DNA of 62,642 bases, the filler included, from Chrysochromulina tobinii (Eukaryota), in the NCBI GenBank assembly GCA_001275005.1. It is 7 parts of 7 records of this genome, joined end to end, with 100 filler letters (N's around TTAATTAATTAA, not from the genome) between each part and the next. Parts side by side here need not be neighbours in the genome. Positions count along the whole stretch, not along the records: positions 52,204 to 59,631 come from JWZX01001278.1; positions 59,732 to 62,642 come from JWZX01001283.1; 5 more parts are not named here. One strand, 5' to 3'. The notes beneath the pieces are model-generated. The model was not told where the DNA came from. It searched no databases and was given only the letters and a program-made list of their open reading frames with translations. Below, piece after piece: positions 55,463 to 62,642 of the stretch; position 1 is the stretch's first letter, and each line of letters begins with the position of its first letter. Made by a program: the position numbers and the translations under genes.

Positions 55463-55885
55463 TACCGGGTAGGCTGTTACACGCCTGAAAGGGAGATTGT
55501 GGTCACTTTGTGGCTCATATAAAAGCAAACGGGTTTGTTCAACGTACAGCCACACATCGATAGCTGTGAATTCACACGTACATTTGTCCCTAGTTTGGTT
55601 GTCATGCCGCCATGCAAAGTGTTCCTATCCATCCATGCGCGACAGTAGCGACGACGAGGAGCAGGAGGAATTCGAAGGCGCAACGGCTCGGATAAAGGCG
55701 GCGAGGAAGCGTGCAGCGTCTGGCAGGAAAGCATTCAACACGGCCGATGTTCTGGTTGCTGTTCTTGGGAGGAGCGGTACCGACGGCACAAAGTCCTCGA
55801 AGGGTGTTTTGGGACACATGCCTTCCCACTTCCCGCAGGAAGTGGTCGAGAACTGGAAACAATGGGCAAAGAACACGCCTAATTC

Positions 55886-58479
55886 TCTCGGCGAAATACC
55901 ACGAAGGTGCGATGGTACGCGTGGTCGATGTGGCCATCACAACACCGTCGTTACTCGACGCCGTCGTCGTCACGCGACGTCGGCGTCGAGTGACTCTCCT
56001 TTTGCGTTCCCTTCGGGGGGCGCGCCAACGGGCGCGTCTGCCGACAACTGGTGGTGGAGGTGAGGGCGGAGGAGATGGCGGTGGCGGGACCGGTGGTGAC
56101 GGCAAAGGTGGCGGAGGCGTCGGAGGCGGCAGCGAGGGCGACGGCGGGTGACGGAGGCGGCGGGGCCGGCGGCGGCCGGCGGCGGCGGCGATGGCGGCAG
56201 TGGGCACGGAGGCGGAGGCGAAGGCGGCGGAGGCATGGGTGGAGGCAGAGAGGGAGGCAGTGGCGAGGGCGGTGAAGGAGGTGGAGGAACGCGAGGCGGC
56301 GGCGATGGAGGTGGCGGAGGCACAGGTGGCGGCGGCGACGGCGGCGGTGGCGTTGGCGGTGGAGGCGAAGGTGGAGGTGGGGCTGGAGGTGGAGGTGGAG
56401 GAGTGGGCGGAGGCGGCGAGGGCGGCGGAGGCGCCGCCGGCGGCGGAGAGGTTGGCGAAGGCGAGGATGGAGGCGGCGAGGGCGGTGGCGGTATGGGAGG
56501 TGGCGGCGAAGATGGCGCTGGCGCTGGCGCTGGTGGAGAGGGTGGCGGTGGGACTGGCGGTCGTGGAGAGGGCGGCGGCGAGTCGACGGAGGCGAGGGCG
56601 GCGGCGGTGTGGGCGGTGGCGGAGAGGGTGGGGGAGGCAGTGGCGAGGGCGGTGAATGAGGCGGAGGAACGTGAGGCGGCGGCGATGGAGGTGGCGGAGG
56701 CACAGGAGGCGGCGGCGATGGACGGATGGAGGCGGCGCCCAAGGTGTGGGGCTCGGTGGGGGAGGCGAGTCGGCGAGTGCGTGGCAGTAAGGGTGCAGGA
56801 GGGTGGCAGGATGAGGATCAGCAAAGCCAGCAAGGATCGAGTTCATCTGAAGATCTGAATGGTTCCCATGGTAGATTTGTAAGCGACCGCCCCCGAGTAC
56901 AGCCGATTTTAGGTGCGGTGGTTTAAAACCAAAGCCGCGGCAAAGTAAGCTACCAAGGGCAAGGCGCGGCCTATATATAGGTGTTTAAAGAGAAAGGACG
57001 GAAGGAACGGGCGAGCCAATAAACACCCTCGACCGGCTTGTCAGATGTGACGGAGACATTGTAACAATCGATTGTAACACAGTTTGATGACGAGCTTATA
57101 CTGTATCGAGGAACTTAACGTATGCGTAGATGGAACACGACAAGCGACGTAGCGACCGATTAAAAAAGGCCTGGTCGGACACAAACTATACCAAAGACGC
57201 GCGGCTCTCTCAGAGCCGACGCGAAGACGAAGTCGCAAGCAGCGACGTGCCGTCTCCCCGCATCTCTCATTCACGTGAATGCTACCGGGTAACTCGTTCA
57301 CACACGAAGGTCCCCGGCCTTACATCAGATGATACCGGCTCACCTCAGTACACTCACACTCAGAGAGTCAGAGTCTGGTGCCCATCATCCCTTCTTCGCC
57401 TCTGACCGTTACTCACCCTGTGAGTGACGGTATAGTGCCTGCCCTTGCCCGCGAAAACTAAGGTCAACGTTGCTTCTCGCAATCATGACAAAAGGGGAAA
57501 AGTCGACTGCGTGGTGGTGCATGAAGTGGAGCTCGATGGCGCCGCTTCCTGAGGCCGCTGCTACGCGTGTAGATGCGCCTCAGCACGAGCGCTACGTCTG
57601 TGTATAGCTGCTCAACGTTCAACGAGCCGATCGTAACATGTAGCAGTGCACCACCGACTTTGTGCTCTTGCATGGCACGGCCACGAAAGGCGTGAAACAT
57701 TTTCACAATTCGTTTTTCGGCCCCTTTCTCGGCGGCCGCGGCCTTTTCTCTGTTCTCTATACAGTCAGCGAGCTCCGTCATCTGAAGTGTTTGTGTTTGG
57801 CTCGCTGTTTTCCTTTAACTGAACCACCTGATACTGTACTCGGGTCCGGCTTGGTTGTACAAACCTTCCGTGGGATTCAGACCAGATGAATTTGATCCTT
57901 CGTTCCGCTGTGCGCTCCTGCCACCCTCCTCCAAAGTGCCCGACGTCTGCCGCGCACTCGCCTCCCCCAGCCACCGACCTCGCCGCCTCCATCCTAGCCT
58001 CCATCGCCGCCGCCTCCAGTGCCTCCGCCACCTCCGTCGTCGCCGCCTCCTGTGCCTCCGCCACCTCCATCGCCGCCGCCTCACGTTCCTCCGCCTCCTT
58101 CACCGCCCTCGCCACTGCCTCCCTCTCTGCCTCCACCCATGCCTCCGCCGCCTTCGCCTCCGCCTCCGTGCCCACCGCCACCCTCGCCGCCGCCGGCGGC
58201 CCCGCCGCCTCCGTCACCCGCAGCCGCCCTCGCTGCCGCCTCCGACGCCTCCGCCACCTTTGCCGTCACCACCGGTCCCGCCACCGCCATCTCCTCCGCC
58301 CTCACCTCCACCACCAGTTGTCGGCAGACGCGCCCGTTGGCGCGCCCCCCGAAGGGAACGCAAAAGGAGAGTCACTCGACGCCGACGTCGCGTGACGACG
58401 ACGGCGTCGAGTAACGACGGTGTTGTGATGGCCACATCAACCACGCGCACCATCGCACCTTCGTGGTAGAGCGCCGAGA
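55886..58479. repeat. Large inverted duplication (55886-~56900 vs ~57835-58479) of an (S)PPPP extensin-like sequence
   Basis: 55897-56160 is a near-exact reverse complement of 58200-58468; similarity continues, with expansions, to the non-coding inner ends. Confidence 0.88.
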
Positions 58480-58860
58480 TGACGCACGCCACGACGGTGA
58501 TTGTGTGGTACTTGACCTGTGCGCAATCCAGCAGCGCCGTGAGCACCCAACGCTCCACTTCCGCCGCCTGGCAGCTTGCGCCGCTGCTTGACCACCGAGC
58601 ACAACTCCGCGGCGACTGCAAGGTCCTTGAGCTTGAGCTCCGCTTCGCTTACGCCGAGCGCGACCTCCTCAACGTACTTGGACAGGTTGAGCTTCGGAAG
58701 CTCCTCGAGGAGCTGCTTTCGCGTCTCCTCACCGAGCCGCTCCTTGATCTTCTGTAGGAACGCGGCGACCTTCTTCAATGACGAGTCCAGCGATTTGAGC
58801 GTCGTCTCGCTGGGTCGCTCCGAGCTGAGGTTGCGCTCGCGAAGCGCCATGCGCGCCGCT
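58430..58860 (-). pseudogene. UPF2: Internally deleted, frameshifted UPF2 (NMD factor) fragment: MIF4G-1 start joined to a MIF4G-3 segment
   Basis: RPSE..LKSLDSSLKKVAAFLQKIK...LNLSKYVEE...EAELKLKD..AAELCS is directly followed by VVKQRRKLP and, after a frameshift, EVERWVLTALLDCAQVKYHTITVVACVISALYHEGAMVRVVD. Confidence 0.75.
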
Positions 58861-59429
58861 TGGGGCGGGCGGCATGACCACCTCGGGTGCTGCTCCACCG
58901 CTGGCGCCATCGCCCTACCCCGTCGATGCCGCCGGAACACGCCATAGCACCGGGCGAGGATAGGGTTGACGCGGACCCCAACATCCATCTGGCCCTGGAG
59001 GTCCTGGAGGAGCCGGAGCGATATGGCCGCATCGTCCGCCGCTTTGGCCGCCCGCGCACGCGCCGAATCGGCGAACAACGTCTTAATCGCATCCCCACAG
59101 GATGCGCGGCCGTCACAGCCTCCGCCACGCGAGCAGCGGCCTCGGCAGCGGCCGCTGCCGCTCGGGCCACCGCCGCCGCTGATTCGTCCGCTTGCGTCAC
59201 CGACGCATCGGTGGCAGCGTCTGTGCCCTGCCCGCGTCACCGACGCATCGGTGGCCGCGTCTGTGCTGTCAGTGGCGGTGCTGAGAGTGGCGGTATCGTC
59301 GTCGAGCGCACCGCCGTCAAGCGCACCGCCGTGTCGCCGTCGAGCGTGCCGCCGCCGAGCGTGCCGCCGCCGAGCGTGCGGGGACTCGCTTGTCATGTAA
59401 GGACATAAACATCACAGCGTAAATTCACA

Positions 59430-59631
59430 GCGTAAATTCACAGCAACTGTAGACACCAACCTTGAACTGTATTTTCACAACCCCGTTGCATTGAAGTATA
59501 TGACACAGGGCGACCCCCTTTCAGAGCGAGTGTACGACTACTCTAGATACAATGTAGAACGGAGTGTCCCATTTGAGTGTCCCATTTTTTGGGACACTCG
59601 CGATCTGGTTCAACGAGCTCATTCCTACCTT
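59430..59631. repeat. Second copy of the MITE left end (from 59541) plus about 110 bp of the same upstream flank; truncated by the gap
   Basis: caaccttg.actgtattttcacaaccccgttgc...cgactactctagata...gagctcat.cctacctt matches 55082-55250. Confidence 0.9.
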
Positions 59632-60989
59632 NNNNNNNNNNNNNNNNNNNNNNNNNNNNNNNNNNNNNNNNNNNNTTAATTAATTAANNNNNNNNNNNNN
59701 NNNNNNNNNNNNNNNNNNNNNNNNNNNNNNNGGAGAACCGTCGGCTCCTGACCTCGGCGCGTTTTCACACACAGAGGTCCGCCATCGAAACCGCCCGGGT
59801 CGATTATCAGCTGAATGTAGGAGCGCAGGACCACGTGTTTCGTCGATGGCCTCCTGGTGTGTGTTGGTTTCAGAAACTTGTCAAGTTTGGTGGCCTCTGT
59901 GCAAAGGCGAATTCCCGACAATGCGCGATCCCCGATGGCCGCGATGGTCTACACCCTCTCGATGACGAGCGACGCGGCCACATTCACGGCGACCATCCGC
60001 GGCACAAGGACGGTCTCACATGGGAAGCGATGCGCCGCCTGCCACTGCTCCGAATGGCGTCCTCCGAGTCGACCCTCTCCGCGCGCGAGTCGCGAGGAGA
60101 TGCAACTCGTTGAGGAGATCGCGGCAGAATGCAAGCTGCTCGGCGCTCAGTTGCGCCGCGCCATCGACGCATGGCTGCAGCCCGCCATCGTGGCGGCCAC
60201 CGGCGCTGGCAGCACCGGCGCTGGCAGCACCGGCGCTGGCATCACCGAGCCGCCAGCCCAAACGGCCGCGATGATCGCCGCCGCCCCGCTGGCGCCAACC
60301 GGCAGACGTGGAGTATGACGACGACTGGGGCACCGTCCTCCCGCGTAGCGCCGCCCCGTACGAGCGTGAGCGGCGTGAGTCCGCGGGGCACTTGCAGAGT
60401 CTAACCGCCTTGGATGCGGTCACGACCGTGACCGTGAGCGACAAGGGCACATGCGGTCACGGTCACGGCTACGATCACGGTCGGGGTTCACGGATGTGTG
60501 ATCTCGTCCCTAACACACGTGGCGATCGGTTTATCTAACGGTGAGGAGAAAGCGTGTCGCGTTTCAGAGGGAATTCAATTCGGCACAGACGTCGCGTTGC
60601 GAGGATACTTTCGGCACAGACGCCGTGTTGGGCGCAGACCTCGCCGCGTTGCGCACTAGTTGGGATGGGCGACTCGACGACCGAAGCGAGGGGTCGGTCG
60701 TGGCGCTTGGTTCTCGCGCCGTGGTTTGAAGCGGGCTCGCTCGCGCTCAGATCACCCCCGCCTCAGACGGCGATTAGTGAGTGAAGCGGCACGCCGCACC
60801 GCGCGTGCACGACCTGCGATGAAGTCGTGCACTTGTCGCGAACCGCGACCGTACCCGGCGGAGGCGGCGGCCCGTCACGGGCAGACCCCTTGCCTAACAC
60901 GTACGGCGTGAATCGAGTGTCACGCCCGGCGGAAGCGCCGAGGCAACGCGCCCGCGACGGCGCCCACGCGCGATACTGCTGCGCGCTCG

Positions 60990-62642
60990 CGATGGCACAT
61001 CGGCCTGATCATGATTGCATCATGATTACGTCATGATTGCTCACCGAGGGGGCTGCCGAGAGGCGGCCTGTGCTTCGCTCGCGCGCCACGCGCGACGACC
61101 GCCAGCTACGAGCGCATCAGAGGCTGAGTACCCCTGATGGCTCATCAACCTGATCATGATTGCATCATGATTACGTCATGATTACGTCATGATTGCTCAC
61201 CGAGGGGGCTGCCGAGAGGCGGCCTGTGCTTCGCTCGCGCGCCACGCGCGACGACCGCCAGCTACGAGCGCATCAGAGACTGAGTGCCAGCGATGGCTCA
61301 TCAACCTGATCATGATTGCTTCATGATTACGTCATGATTGCTCACCGAGGGAGCTGCCGAGAGGCAGCCTGTGCTTCGCTCGCGCGCCACGCGCGACGAC
61401 CGCCAGCTACGAGCGCATCAGCGAATCAGAGGCTGAGTGCCAGTGATGGCTCATCGGCCTGACCATGTTTTCATCATGATTACGTCATGATCGCTCACCG
61501 AGGGGGCCGCCGAGAGGCGGCCAGCTCCTCGCTCGCGCGCAACGCGAGCCGACCGCCTGCTACGTGCGAATCAGAGGCTGGGTGCCAGTGATGGCTCATC
61601 GGCCTGATCATGACTGCATCATGAACATTACGCCTCGATCGCTCACCGAAGGGGCTGCCGAGAGGCGGACCGCGCCTTGCTCGCTCGCTCACTCGCTGTG
61701 AGCGCGCCCGCTAACGAGCGCCTCAGGGGCTGAGTGCCAGTGATGGCTCACCGACCTGATTTCGTCATGATGGCTCACCGAGAGGGCCGCCGAGAGGCAG
61801 CCACCGGCCAGCGCCTCGCTCGCTAGCCACGCGAGCCGACCGCCCGCTACCAGCGAATCAGAGGCTGAGTGCCCCTGATGGATCATCAACCTGATCATGA
61901 TTGCTTCATGATTACCTCGTGATTGCTCACCGAGGGAGCTGTGCCCCAGAGGCAGCCAGCGCCTCGCTCGCGCGCAACGCGAGCCGACCGCCCGCTACGA
62001 GCGAATCAGAGGCTGAGTGCCAGTGATGGCTCATCAACCTCATCATGATTGCATCATGATTACGTCATGATCGCTCACCTACGCTCACCGAGGGGGCTGC
62101 CGAGAGGCGGCCTGTGCTTCGCTCGCGCGCCACGCGCGAGGACCGCCAGCTACGAGCGCATCAGAGGCTGAGTGCCCCTGATGGCTCATCAACCTGATCG
62201 TGAGTGCATCATGATTACATCGTGATTGCTCACCGAGGGGCTGCCGAGAGGCGGCCTGTGCTTCGCTCGCGCGTCACGCGCGCCGACCGCCCGCTACGAA
62301 ACAGCGGCGAGCAAATCAGAGGCTGAACGCCATTGTTGGCTCATCAACCCGATTATGACTGCATCACGATTACATCGTGATAGCTGACCGAGGGGCTGCC
62401 GAGAGGCGGCCGACCCCCTCAGTCGCTCGCTATAGCCACGCGCGCTGACCGCCCGCTACGAACGCATCAGAGGCTGAGTGCCAGTGATGGCTCATCAACT
62501 CGATCATGATTGCATCACGATTACATCCGGATTGCTCACCGAGGGACTGCCGAGAGGCGGTCCGCGCCTCGCTCGCCCGCTAACCAGCGAATCAGAGGCT
62601 GAGTGCCCCCTGATGGCTCATCAATAGCTCACCAACCCGATG
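60990..62642. repeat. Satellite array, about 11 units of ~130-160 bp (mean ~150), running off the window end
   Basis: Anchor gctcaccga at about 61040, 61196, 61341, 61494, 61642, 61774, 61926, 62084, 62229, 62384 and 62535; internal (TCATGATTACG/TCATGATTGCA) subrepeats. Confidence 0.93.

Noticed and set aside
18810..59731. Recurrent TTAATTAATTAA palindrome
   Set aside because: It is always centred in identical N runs, so it is an artificial six-frame-stop gap linker.
59732..60990. Short ORFs before the satellite
   Set aside because: Fragmentary with no recognisable motifs, so I cannot support a gene call.
60990..62642. CRISPR-like array
   Set aside because: Whole units are homologous with no unique spacers, the period is ~150 bp, there are no cas genes, and the context is eukaryotic.

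Overview
GC-rich, gene-dense eukaryotic draft-genome sequence. Gene content, compact introns and composition suggest a haptophyte alga (Chrysochromulina-like); this is an inference. Six 100-nt N-TTAATTAATTAA-N linkers split it into seven contigs, so adjacency across gaps is unproven. Recognisable genes: a HET/TIR-like+LRR (NLRC3-like) protein, AMP deaminase, a homeodomain protein, DONSON, a 1504-aa IQ-PfkB kinase-ankyrin-TIR fusion, a SixA-like phosphatase with a metallothionein-like tail, two JmjC oxygenases, a Tudor/PHD protein, dehydroascorbate reductase, a kinesin-9 tail, a Cys/Pro-rich surface protein, a CCCH polyQ/P protein, a serine alpha-galactosyltransferase-ShK protein, a SHIPPO/STPG-repeat protein, a TPR-PhyH dioxygenase and a GT14-like glycosyltransferase. 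Repeats and mobile DNA: a divergent tyrosine recombinase, a TA-flanked MITE, a 360-bp-period palindrome array, a dispersed hairpin family, a large inverted duplication carrying a deleted UPF2 fragment, and a ~150-bp satellite. The most striking signal is a set of 'exon-echo' introns in unrelated genes. Each begins with a copy of the first ~5-30 nt of the downstream exon, and most continue with (TGATGGCCTC)n decamers and an AG acceptor. Copies range from identical to decayed, which suggests an ongoing intron-gain mechanism.
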